Positions 29,609-38,329 of a DNA stretch of 64,000 bases are shown here, one piece after another. The stretch covers positions 11,385 through 75,384 of the forward strand of contig JAEUIN010000382.1 in the NCBI GenBank assembly GCA_016793115.1, given 5' to 3'. A program made the position numbers and the translations under genes. The notes under the pieces were generated by a model, which saw nothing but the letters and a program-made list of their open reading frames with translations, had not been told where the DNA came from and did no database searches. This DNA comes from Planctomycetaceae bacterium. Its GTDB lineage: Bacteria; Planctomycetota; Planctomycetia; Pirellulales; PNKZ01. Position 1 is the stretch's first letter. Each line of letters begins with the position of its first letter.

Positions 29609-29765
29609 TTCACCGCGGAGAAACGAGAACCACAGATGGACGCAGATCATCACAGATGAATTCCAACAGGGAAAATCGAGCGGTTGAGAGTCTCAAACTC
29701 GCCGTCCCAGATTTTGATTTGCGTTCATCCGCGTTGCGATCCCCCTCCGCGCTCTCCGTGGTGAA
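29609..29765. repeat. imperfect long inverted repeat in the module-2 intercistronic spacer
   Basis: Left arm TTCACCGCGGAGA...GATGGACGCAGATCA. The reverse complement of the right arm is TTCACCACGGAGA...GATGAACGCAAATCA. Small central hairpin GTTGAGA/TCTCAA. Confidence 0.6.
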
Positions 29766-29781
29766 CTTCGCCTCTAAAAAC

Positions 29782-32700
29782 TCAATCCAAGTAGAACAAC
29801 TCGTTCGTGTTCAGCGCCATTAAGCAATAGAGCTCCAATGCTTCGGCATAGCTGAGCTGGTCTTCTTTTTGGGTCGCTTCCAGAAACTTCACATCGGCCG
29901 CGAGTTCGGCGCTCGTCGGCGTTCGCTGAGTCGTGAGCTCCGTCGCGCGGCGAACCTGGGCCGGGCGATCGCCGGGATGCTCTTTCTCGAGTCGCACGGC
30001 CAAGGCCGCGGCTTGCTCGTGGATGAACTCGCCGTTGAGCATCCCGAGCGCTTGCGTCGGCACGGTCGTCGTGTAGCGCGCGGCACAACTGGAGTCGGTA
30101 TCGGCCTGATCGAATACGGCCATAATCGGTAATTGCAGCGACCGCTTCACATGCACATAGAGGCTGCGGCGATTCGCGTCGGGGCCCTTCGACGTCGGCC
30201 AACCGAGCCCCGGTCGCGATTGCCCTGCCAACACCTCTTGCGGAATCGGCGGATAGACGCTCGGCCCGCCGAGTCGCAAGTCGAGCGAGCCGGTCGCGGC
30301 CAGGATCGAATCGCGCACTTCTTCGGCCGCTAGGCGACGCATGTCGAACCGCCACCGCAGATGATTGCCGGGGTCTCGGGCGAGGCCCGCCTCGGTCGCC
30401 GTGCTCGACAACCGATACGTGCTCGACGTCATCAAGAGCCGATGCATGCGTTTCAGCCGCCACTCGCCGCGCACCAAGTCCGCCGCCAGCCAATCAAGCA
30501 GTTCGGGGTGCGTCGGCATTTCGCCGAGCTTGCCGAAATCGTTCGCCGAGCCGACGAGTCCGCGGCCGAAGTGATATTGCCAGAGCCGATTCGCCAGCAC
30601 GCGGGCCGTGGCCGGGTTGTCGGCGGCGACGAGCCAGTCGACGAGCGCGACGCGCGCACTGGGGGCCGGCGTCCCCTTCGCATCGCCGGGGGCGCTCAGC
30701 GGCAGTTGATAGCCCGCCGGTACGAGCACGTCGGGCACGCCGGCCGTGACGAGATCGCCTTCGGCCTGCGGCAGTCCGCGCAGCAGCACATGCGTCGGCG
30801 GCGGCGTGCGCGTTTCCACGGCCATGATGTCGGTGCCGGGCGGCGGCAGCGGCGCGGCTCGGCTTTCCGTCAGCTTCGTGAGCACATCGAGATAGCGTTC
30901 GCTTTCGGCCTTGCCGAGCACCGTCGTGCCATGTTGGCGGATCACGTCGTCAAGCGTTTGCGTGGCGTCGGTCGGACGGACGTCGACGAACTGGCCGCCG
31001 CCGGTTTGCCTGCAATGCACGGCGATGACGTTCGTACCGACGTGAAGCGCACTCGTCGCTTCCGGTCCCAGCCCAATCCGACGGTACTCGCGCAGGTGTC
31101 CCTGTTCGGCGAAGACGCGCTTACCATTTAAGAAGATTTCGACGTCTTCGTCGTGATGCAAATCGAAAGTGAAACGCTTCGGCACCGCCTTGAGTTCCAG
31201 CGGCCGCCGGAGATAGATGTCCTTCGTCTTCCAGACGGTGCCGACTTTGGCGCCCGGCGTGCCGCGTACGCCGAACCCGCCGCGGCCGCGCTCCCAGCGG
31301 GAATCGTCGAACTTCTCCTGCTGCCAACCTTTGCCGGGCGGCTTCGTCGTATAGGCCCACTCGATATCCTTCTCGCCGGGAGATTTCGTGGCCGGGTCGG
31401 CCGAGAGCGGGCGCAACCGGAAATCGGGACCGCTCCAGACCAGGCTCAGCTTCGGCTGCTGCGTCGCGTTGAAATACTCCAGGCGAAACGACAAAAAACC
31501 GGCCGGCAGCTCGATGGAATTGGTCACTTCGTGGAAGCCGTTATCGGGGGCGTCGAGCACGGTACGGCCGTCGACGAGGAGCCGCAATCCGGCCCGCGCC
31601 ACGCCGTCGAACTTATAGCTCCCCGCGCGCGGCACTTTCAGCTTCCCTTCAAACACCAAGCCGATCGCCTCCATCCGCGAAGCGACGCCCAGCGACACCA
31701 GCGGCGGGCCGGTCACCGCCCCTTCTTCCTCGATCTTGAGCGCGCGGAAGTTCGGGAGCGTCTTCCAGGTGTCGCGATAGAGCTTGTAGCGGAGCTCGGC
31801 TAAGTCGTCCCCCTGCACGCCGTCGGTCACGACGCCGTGCGCCGAGGCTTCATTCAAAAACTTTCGCTGCATCGCATACAGTTCGCCGTACCAGCCTGCT
31901 TCGCGAGCCTCTTTTTCCGCGGCGAGCTTGCGATGGGCGGCTTGCTCGGCTTCCGTGGCGAACCGCCGCAAGTTCTGGCTGTTCATATCGGTGATGTCGC
32001 GGAAGCAGGCGAGGAGCTTGTAGTAATCGCGCTGCGCAATCGGATCTTTCTTGTGGTCGTGGCAACGTGCGCAGCCGACGCTCATGCCGAGCACGACGCT
32101 CGACGTGGTCGAGACGACCCCGTCGAGCACTTCGTAGCGCGCCAAGTCGCGATCGGCCGGTTCGTCGTCCCAGGTGCCGAGTCGATAGTAGCCGGTGGCC
32201 GCGAGCGTCTCGGGCGTGATCTGCGGCAGTTGGTCGCCGGCGAGTTGCTCACGCAAGAACCGATCGTACGGCTTGTCTTGGTTGAACGAAGAGACGACAT
32301 AATCGCGATAGCGCCAGGCGGCCGGCTTCGCGCTATCGCGCTCGTAGCCGTGCGTTTCGGCGTAGCGAACCAAGTCGAGCCAATGCCGGCCCCATTTCTC
32401 GCCGTAGTGCGGCGAAGCGAGCAAGCGATCGATCAAGGCGACGTAGGCCTTCTCCGCCGCGGCTTTCTCCGCAGCCGACGCCGCAAGCTCAAAGCCGCGG
32501 CCGACCTCGCGCTCGAAAGCGGCGACCTCTTCCGGCGACGGCGGCAGCCCGGTCAGGTCGTACGTCGCACGACGAATGAGCGAGCGCGGCGTAGCGAACG
32601 TCGTCGGCGCGATGCCGGCCGCTTCGAGCTTATTCAAGATGAAGGCATCGACGGGCGTGCGCACCCAGGCCGAGTCGTTCGCCGCCGGCACGGCGGGCTC

Positions 32701-33285
32701 GACGATCGGTTGATAAGCCCAATACTTGCGATCTTCTTCGGTCACGCCGGCCGGCTTCCGCTCGACGACGTGCGCCGGTTCCTTTTCCATTTCGGGAGGC
32801 CAAGGCAGACCGTCGCGCACCCAGCGCTCGAGCACGGCGATCTCCGCGGCCGGCAGCTTACCGCTCGGCGGCATCTCCAACTCTTCATAACGTACGGCCG
32901 TGAGGAGTTGGCTCGCCATGGGATCGTCGAGCGCGACGGCCGGCCCAAGCTCGCCGCCGCGGAGCACCGCCGCGCGCGACGTGATGTAGAACTCGCTCGC
33001 TACCTTGTCTTCGCCGCCGTGACACTTCACGCAGCGGCCGACCAAGATCGGCTGCACTTTCTCGACGAAGAACTTCCGTTGCTCGGCTGTGATCGACGGA
33101 CGTTGGGCATGCGCTGCGTCGGCCGGCTTTGCCGCAGGCACCTCTGCGGCAAGGAGCGCACCGGTCTTCGCGAAGCAAGCGACGACGAACGCAATGACGT
33201 ACAGCGCGGCGGCCGGCAACACGGAGGCAGGGCGCCGGACGCAGCGGTACGACTGCCAAACAGAATCAAAAGACACGGTGAACAT
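29782..33285 (-). CDS. PSCyt(CxxCH)/DUF1549/PA14-like + jelly-roll insert/DUF1553 protein, module 2
   Basis: Signal anchor, CVKCH, SPHYGEKWGRHWLDLVRYAE, GCARCHDHKKDP and the C-terminal MALNTNELFYLD. ATG at 33285; the track start at 33303 is TTG. Confidence 0.85.
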   Translation of the reverse strand: MFTVSFDSVWQSYRCVRRPASVLPAAALYVIAFVVACFAKTGALLAAEVPAAKPADAAHAQRPSITAEQRKFFVEKVQPILVGRCVKCHGGEDKVASEFYITSRAAVLRGGELGPAVALDDPMASQLLTAVRYEELEMPPSGKLPAAEIAVLERWVRDGLPWPPEMEKEPAHVVERKPAGVTEEDRKYWAYQPIVEPAVPAANDSAWVRTPVDAFILNKLEAAGIAPTTFATPRSLIRRATYDLTGLPPSPEEVAAFEREVGRGFELAASAAEKAAAEKAYVALIDRLLASPHYGEKWGRHWLDLVRYAETHGYERDSAKPAAWRYRDYVVSSFNQDKPYDRFLREQLAGDQLPQITPETLAATGYYRLGTWDDEPADRDLARYEVLDGVVSTTSSVVLGMSVGCARCHDHKKDPIAQRDYYKLLACFRDITDMNSQNLRRFATEAEQAAHRKLAAEKEAREAGWYGELYAMQRKFLNEASAHGVVTDGVQGDDLAELRYKLYRDTWKTLPNFRALKIEEEGAVTGPPLVSLGVASRMEAIGLVFEGKLKVPRAGSYKFDGVARAGLRLLVDGRTVLDAPDNGFHEVTNSIELPAGFLSFRLEYFNATQQPKLSLVWSGPDFRLRPLSADPATKSPGEKDIEWAYTTKPPGKGWQQEKFDDSRWERGRGGFGVRGTPGAKVGTVWKTKDIYLRRPLELKAVPKRFTFDLHHDEDVEIFLNGKRVFAEQGHLREYRRIGLGPEATSALHVGTNVIAVHCRQTGGGQFVDVRPTDATQTLDDVIRQHGTTVLGKAESERYLDVLTKLTESRAAPLPPPGTDIMAVETRTPPPTHVLLRGLPQAEGDLVTAGVPDVLVPAGYQLPLSAPGDAKGTPAPSARVALVDWLVAADNPATARVLANRLWQYHFGRGLVGSANDFGKLGEMPTHPELLDWLAADLVRGEWRLKRMHRLLMTSSTYRLSSTATEAGLARDPGNHLRWRFDMRRLAAEEVRDSILAATGSLDLRLGGPSVYPPIPQEVLAGQSRPGLGWPTSKGPDANRRSLYVHVKRSLQLPIMAVFDQADTDSSCAARYTTTVPTQALGMLNGEFIHEQAAALAVRLEKEHPGDRPAQVRRATELTTQRTPTSAELAADVKFLEATQKEDQLSYAEALELYCLMALNTNELFYLD

Positions 33286-33396
33286 ATCCTTCACCTTACG
33301 CAAACGGCGGGCGTGGGCGAGCGAGGCGGGAGCAAAGCTGCGGAAAACCGGCGAGCGGAACCGAACTCGAAGCTCGTCGAGTTATTTTCTAAAGGT

Positions 33397-33425
33397 TTGA
33401 ATATAATTCCGCCGCTCGGTACAAT
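33397..33425 (+). promoter_or_regulatory. sigma70-like promoter candidate for the ROK regulator
   Basis: TTGAAT (33397-33402), a 17-nt spacer, then TACAAT (33420-33425), in the only AT-rich patch of the divergent intergenic region. Confidence 0.4.
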
Positions 33426-33462
33426 GCAACCACAATCTTTGGCCGGCGTCCTCAGTATCAAC

Positions 33463-34656
33463 ATGAATTCTCCCGCCCCGTCCCGCGTCGTTCCGGCTCT
33501 CCTGCGACAGCTCAACGAACGAAGCGTGCTCTCCGCGCTGCAAAGCCGAGGGCCGTCGTCGCGGGCCGAGATTTGCCGCCACACCGGGATTAGCGGGCCC
33601 ACGGTGACGCGCGTCGTCGCCGCGCTGATCGACGCCAAGCTCGTCGAAGAAGAGGAACCCTTGCAGCGCGCGGTCGGTCGTCCCGGGAAGATCGTCCGAC
33701 TGGCCCGCTCGGGGGTCTGCGTGCTGGGGCTGGTCGTCGGTCCCGATCATTGCGACGCGGTGGCCGCAAGTCTCGACGGCCAATTCGATGAGGCCGCCGA
33801 TGTTCGCACATTCGCCACGCCCGCGAAATATGACGACTTGGTGGCCGCGTGCGTCCGCGAGTTGCGGGCTTTGATGGGCCGGCGCAAGGGCACGGTGCTC
33901 GGCGTCGGCATTAGCGTTCCCGGATTGCTCAATCGGCGCGAAGGGCGAAGCATCGTCTCCCCCAACCTGCACCAACTCGACGGCCGCAACCTCGGGCAAG
34001 ACCTCGAAGACCGGTTACAGATCGATTGCATCGTGCTGCAAGAATGCCAAGCCTTGTGCTGGGCCGAGCAGGTGTACGGCGAAGCGCGCGACACCGCCGA
34101 CTTCGCCATGCTCGACATCAGCGCCGGCCTCGGGCTGGGCGTGATGCAAGGAGGCCGCATCGTGCAAGGCCACAGCGGCTTGGCCGGCGAGTTGGGACAC
34201 GTCACCGTGGAACTCGACGGCAAGCCGTGCGGCTGCGGCAACCGCGGCTGCTTGGAAACCGTGGCGACCGATACCGCGCTGGCTGCGGCCGTCGGTGAAC
34301 GACTCGGCCGCATCATCACCATCGACGAGTTGCTCGCCGACGTCCAAGCCGGACGAATCGATTGCCGCGAGGAACTCGATCGGACGCTCGATTATCTGGC
34401 CGTCGGCGTCGCCGCGGTGATCAACATCTTCAACCCGAGCAAGCTCTTCATCTACGGGCGACTGTTCGACGCCGAACTACCGCAATCCGGCTTGCAAGCT
34501 CAGCCGGGAAACGTCTTTGAGCGACTGCTGGCGCGAGTCGAACGCCGAGCGCTCGCCCCCTGCTTCGCCGACTGTAAAGTGGTGCGGGCCCGGGGCAGCA
34601 AACGGCTCGGCGTCGTCGCCGCCGCCGGCCACGGCGCCACGCACGGACGAAGCTAA
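33463..34656 (+). CDS. ROK family transcriptional regulator (NagC/XylR-like)
   Basis: N-terminal wHTH (LNERSVLSALQSRGPSSRAEICRHTGISGPTVTRVVAALI) and the ROK zinc motif GHVTVELDGKPCGCGNRGCLE. An alternative ATG at 33424 overlaps the putative -10. Confidence 0.8.
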   Translation: MNSPAPSRVVPALLRQLNERSVLSALQSRGPSSRAEICRHTGISGPTVTRVVAALIDAKLVEEEEPLQRAVGRPGKIVRLARSGVCVLGLVVGPDHCDAVAASLDGQFDEAADVRTFATPAKYDDLVAACVRELRALMGRRKGTVLGVGISVPGLLNRREGRSIVSPNLHQLDGRNLGQDLEDRLQIDCIVLQECQALCWAEQVYGEARDTADFAMLDISAGLGLGVMQGGRIVQGHSGLAGELGHVTVELDGKPCGCGNRGCLETVATDTALAAAVGERLGRIITIDELLADVQAGRIDCREELDRTLDYLAVGVAAVINIFNPSKLFIYGRLFDAELPQSGLQAQPGNVFERLLARVERRALAPCFADCKVVRARGSKRLGVVAAAGHGATHGRS

Positions 34657-36122
34657 CGGCCGGCGCGATACCACTCGGGCGTGCCGAACCAGTCGTGCAT
34701 CTCCTTTTCGAACGGGGCGACGATCTCCTGCGGCTCCGGAAGCGAGCCGCGGTCCCCCGTCTTCTTCATCCAGCGCTCAAGCTCGTCGCGCAACCGGCCG
34801 AGCGCCGCCTGGTGGACCGGATCGTTCGAAGTCGCCAGATTGCGAATCTCGTACGGGTCCGTTTCGAGATCGTAAAGTTCCTCCGGCGGCAACCGATCTT
34901 GCAGCAGCGCAAGCGGCGGGCCGTGCAACTCGCCGCGAGCCTTAAGCTCGCGCATCAGCGGCATGATGAGAAAGCACTTTTCCTTGTAGCGATTCAGTCT
35001 CGTGAAGCCTTGCTCCGGCAGGAAGTTGCGAATGTAGCGGTAACGCGGATCGCGAACCGTACGAATGCGCTGCACACTTTCGTCGATGCGATCGCGCGCG
35101 CTCACGACCACGGTGCGGGCCGACTCAGCGTTGGGACCAAGGAATATCTGCGACTGCATCCCGGCCGGCTTGGCGATGCCGGCCATCTCCAGCGTCGTCG
35201 CCGTGACGTCGAGCAAGCTCAACATCCGGTCGCTCACGGTTCCGGGCCGAGCGTCGGCGGGCGGCGGGAAGTTCTTCGGATAGCGAATGATGAGCGGTAC
35301 GCGTAGCCCGCTGTCGTAGCACCAGTGTATCCCGCGCGGTTCCAAGCGGCCGTTGTCGCCGAAGAACACGACGATCGTGTCGTCGGCCGCGTCGTCGCGG
35401 TCGAGCGCACTCAAGATCGCGCCGACGCGGCGATCGATTCCCGACACCGAGTTGAGAAACCGGGCCCATTCCTCGCGGACGATTTTGTGGTCGGGGTAGT
35501 AAGGCGGCGGCGTTACGTCTTCCGGCTTCGCGATCGGCTCGTGCTCCCGTTCGCCGACCCACTCCACGCGCGGCTTCCGCCATGTTTGCCGGTCGTAGAT
35601 ATCCATCTCGACTTCCGGCGTGTTCACTTGTGCGAAGAACGGCCGCTGCGCGATGAGCCGCGACCACTCCGCGGTGTCGTAGAGCTTCGGCCCGACGTCG
35701 AAATTCAAGTCGACCTTGCCGGTGCCGACCACCTCGTCGCCGATCTTCACGACGTTGCCCGTCAGATAGCCGGCGTCGCGGAGTCGGTAAGTGATCGGCC
35801 GCGCGCCGCCGGGGAGCTGGTAGCCGTCGTCGCGATGGCTGCGAGCCTGATGCGTGTCGGTCGTCGTCTGGTACATGCCGACCATAAACGCCGAGCGGCT
35901 CGCCGAGCAGACCGGCGCGGTGGCGAACACGTTGGTGTATCGCACTCCCTCCGCCGCGAGCCGATCGAGATTCGGCGTGGCGACGTGCTTCGCCCCGTAG
36001 CAACCAAGATCGTGGCAGAGGTTTTCGCCGATAATCCAAACGATATTCGGCCGTTGCGGCTCCGCCGCCGCAGACGAGGCCCAAGCGATGACGACGGAAA
36101 TACTGAGCAGACGGAGAAACAT
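34653..36122 (-). CDS. secreted S1-family sulfatase with non-canonical CSASR motif
   Basis: Signal peptide MFLRLLSISVVIAWASSAAA, then PNIVWIIGENLCHDLGCYG ... PVCSASRSAFMVGMY. ATG at 36122. Confidence 0.85.
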   Translation of the reverse strand: MFLRLLSISVVIAWASSAAAEPQRPNIVWIIGENLCHDLGCYGAKHVATPNLDRLAAEGVRYTNVFATAPVCSASRSAFMVGMYQTTTDTHQARSHRDDGYQLPGGARPITYRLRDAGYLTGNVVKIGDEVVGTGKVDLNFDVGPKLYDTAEWSRLIAQRPFFAQVNTPEVEMDIYDRQTWRKPRVEWVGEREHEPIAKPEDVTPPPYYPDHKIVREEWARFLNSVSGIDRRVGAILSALDRDDAADDTIVVFFGDNGRLEPRGIHWCYDSGLRVPLIIRYPKNFPPPADARPGTVSDRMLSLLDVTATTLEMAGIAKPAGMQSQIFLGPNAESARTVVVSARDRIDESVQRIRTVRDPRYRYIRNFLPEQGFTRLNRYKEKCFLIMPLMRELKARGELHGPPLALLQDRLPPEELYDLETDPYEIRNLATSNDPVHQAALGRLRDELERWMKKTGDRGSLPEPQEIVAPFEKEMHDWFGTPEWYRAGR

Positions 36123-36393
36123 CGGCCACCTCGCCAAGATAGGAGTTCGCGGCAGTATAAACGCGGCGCAGGCGAGAAGAAACGCGGCCCGGGCCCGCAC
36201 AATCGCTACAAGCGGAACAATTGCAACCCGACCCCAAGGCATGATCGCTCCCTGGGGCACGGCGGCGGAATTCGCTTAACGGCGACCTAGATTCCTCTAG
36301 CGGTCGAGTCCGTGGCGAACCGGGAGCGCAAGCGACCGGAGTCGTGCGACGACCGGCTTCATCGGGAAACTCTCGTTCGCAAAGGTTCGCTCC

Positions 36394-37251
36394 ATGATCG
36401 TCATCGGCGGAAGCCTCATCGTCATCGGTTGCGTGATCGCCGGCTTTTTGCTTTCCGGCGGGCACATCGGCGCGTTGATCCACCCGGCCGAAATTCTCAC
36501 GATCGGCGGCGCCGCCGGCGGAGCCATGGTCATCATGTCGTCGAAGAAAATCCTCGGCGACCTGTTTAAAGGGGTGATGGCGGCGCTCAAAGGCTCCCCC
36601 TACGACAAGGCCGCTTACCGCGAGCTCTTCAAGATGATGTACGAACTGATGCAGATCGCGCGGCGCGAAGGGTTGCTGTCGCTCGAATCGCATCTGGCCG
36701 ACCCGCACAAAAGCAGCATCTTTAGCAAGTATCACAAGCTCTCGAGCAACCACCACCTGATGGACTTCATCTGCGGCGCGCTGACGCCCGTCGTGGAAGG
36801 CACCACGAAGCCGGACCAGTTGCCTGCGCTGATGGACGCCGAACTCCGCGTGCTCGACGAAGAGCATCACGCGCCGATCTCGGTGCTCTCGAAAACGACC
36901 GACGCGCTGCCGGGCTTCGGCATCGTCGCCGCCGTGTTGGGCATCGTCATCACGATGGGCGCCATCGACGGCCCGGTCGAAGAAATCGGCCACAAAGTCG
37001 GTGCGGCTCTCGTCGGAACGTTCCTCGGAATTCTCGCGTCATACGGATTCTTCGGGCCCATGGTCGGCCGCATGGAACTGCTGGGCGCTCAAGAAATGAT
37101 GTTCTTCCGCACGGTGAAGGCGATCATCGAAGCGTTCGTGAACGACGTCAACCCGAAGGTGGCGATCGACATGGCGCGCCGCGGCGTCGGCACCGATTGC
37201 CGGCCGAACCGCGAAGAACTCGACGCAATCTTCAAGGAAGCGGCGGCGTAG
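36394..37251 (+). CDS. motA: flagellar motor stator protein MotA
   Basis: 285 aa with a MotA/TolQ/ExbB-type topology; N-terminus MIVIGGSLIVIGCVIAGFLLSGGHIGALIHPAE; C-terminal TM pair with GAALVGTFLGILASYG. Confidence 0.85.
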   Translation: MIVIGGSLIVIGCVIAGFLLSGGHIGALIHPAEILTIGGAAGGAMVIMSSKKILGDLFKGVMAALKGSPYDKAAYRELFKMMYELMQIARREGLLSLESHLADPHKSSIFSKYHKLSSNHHLMDFICGALTPVVEGTTKPDQLPALMDAELRVLDEEHHAPISVLSKTTDALPGFGIVAAVLGIVITMGAIDGPVEEIGHKVGAALVGTFLGILASYGFFGPMVGRMELLGAQEMMFFRTVKAIIEAFVNDVNPKVAIDMARRGVGTDCRPNREELDAIFKEAAA

Positions 37252-37347
37252 GAACAGGCGCGAGGCGCCGGGAGTCAGGCGCCGGCTAAGACACCGAACA
37301 CACCAACTGGCGCCCGGCGCCCGACAACTGACGACTGGATCTAACAA

Positions 37348-38181
37348 ATGGCCGGTAAAGGGGGCGGTGCGTGGAAAGTGGCCTACGCGGACTTCGTGAC
37401 CGCGATGATGGCTTTTTTTCTCGTGATGTGGATCGTCGCGCAAAACAAGCCTGTCAAGGAGGCGATCGCCGGCTACTTCCGCGACCCGTACGGATCCGGC
37501 CTCACGCCCGGCGGCAGCGGCTTCCTGGAAGGAGGCGCTCCCCGTTCGCGCGGAGGCGATAAGAAGAAGGGGGCCAGCCGCGCTCCGTCGCTCGCCATGA
37601 TCCAGACGGCGAAGGGAACCAGCGTCGGCGCGTATGTGATGTTCGATGAAAACTCGATCGCGCTGGACCAAGCGGCCAAAGATCGGCTCAAAGACATCCT
37701 GCCCCTGTTGATGGGAAAGAAAACCAAAATCGAATTGCGGGCCCACGTCATTCGCCAAACGGCCGAAGAGACGGACCCGGAGAAGCTCTGGAAGTTGTGT
37801 TACGACCGGAGCATCGCCGTGATGAAAAATCTGGAAGCGGCGGGTATCGACCACGACCGCTTCCGGCTCAGCCAAGCCGGACCGTTCGAGCCGCAAGTCA
37901 CGGCGCAAGATCCGCTTTGGCGGCGACGCAACTCCCGCGTCGATATCATCATGCTCAACGAGTACGTCGACGACTACAACACGAACGACAAGCGAAAGAA
38001 CGACGTTCACGGGCACGGCGACGACGACCACGGCCACGACGCGCCGCAAACCGTGGTCGCCCCGCGCGACGCTCACGGCAAGGCGGGTGCCCACGCCCCG
38101 GCCCACGACGATCATGGCGACTCGCACGCTAAAGAGTCGCACGTCCCGGCCAAACCGGCCGGAAAGAGCGATCACCACTAA
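37348..38181 (+). CDS. motB: flagellar motor stator protein MotB (OmpA-like) with His-rich C-terminal tail
   Basis: WKVAYADFVTAMMAFFLVMWIV plug/TM with the conserved Asp. OmpA-like block (LCYDRSIAVMKNLEAAGID..RRRNSRVDII). Tail HGHGDDDHGHD...HDDHGDSH...SDHH. Confidence 0.8.
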   Translation: MAGKGGGAWKVAYADFVTAMMAFFLVMWIVAQNKPVKEAIAGYFRDPYGSGLTPGGSGFLEGGAPRSRGGDKKKGASRAPSLAMIQTAKGTSVGAYVMFDENSIALDQAAKDRLKDILPLLMGKKTKIELRAHVIRQTAEETDPEKLWKLCYDRSIAVMKNLEAAGIDHDRFRLSQAGPFEPQVTAQDPLWRRRNSRVDIIMLNEYVDDYNTNDKRKNDVHGHGDDDHGHDAPQTVVAPRDAHGKAGAHAPAHDDHGDSHAKESHVPAKPAGKSDHH

Positions 38182-38329
38182 GCGTTTTTCGGAAACGACA
38201 ACGGAGATCACGGAGGTCCCGGAGAAGTCGCGAGCGGTTTCGGTACGCCATGCGCCCCGGACCGCCGCCCGACCTCCGAGAGCTCCGCGATATCCGTTGT
38301 GAAAATCTCCGGAACGTCGCGGTCTTTCG

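Noticed and set aside
31837-33420. N-terminal ~530 codons of the 939-aa plus-strand ORF 31837-34656.
   Set aside because: It is antisense to the well-supported module-2 DUF1553 gene. The sequence is Arg/Gly/Ala-rich, the shadow-ORF composition typical of high-GC DNA. Only the C-terminal ROK part (from 33463) is credible.
35125-36993. 622-aa minus-strand ORF spanning the sulfatase and motA regions.
   Set aside because: It overlaps two genes with clear family motifs on their own frames or strands. Its Arg-rich low-complexity translation marks it as a high-GC shadow ORF.
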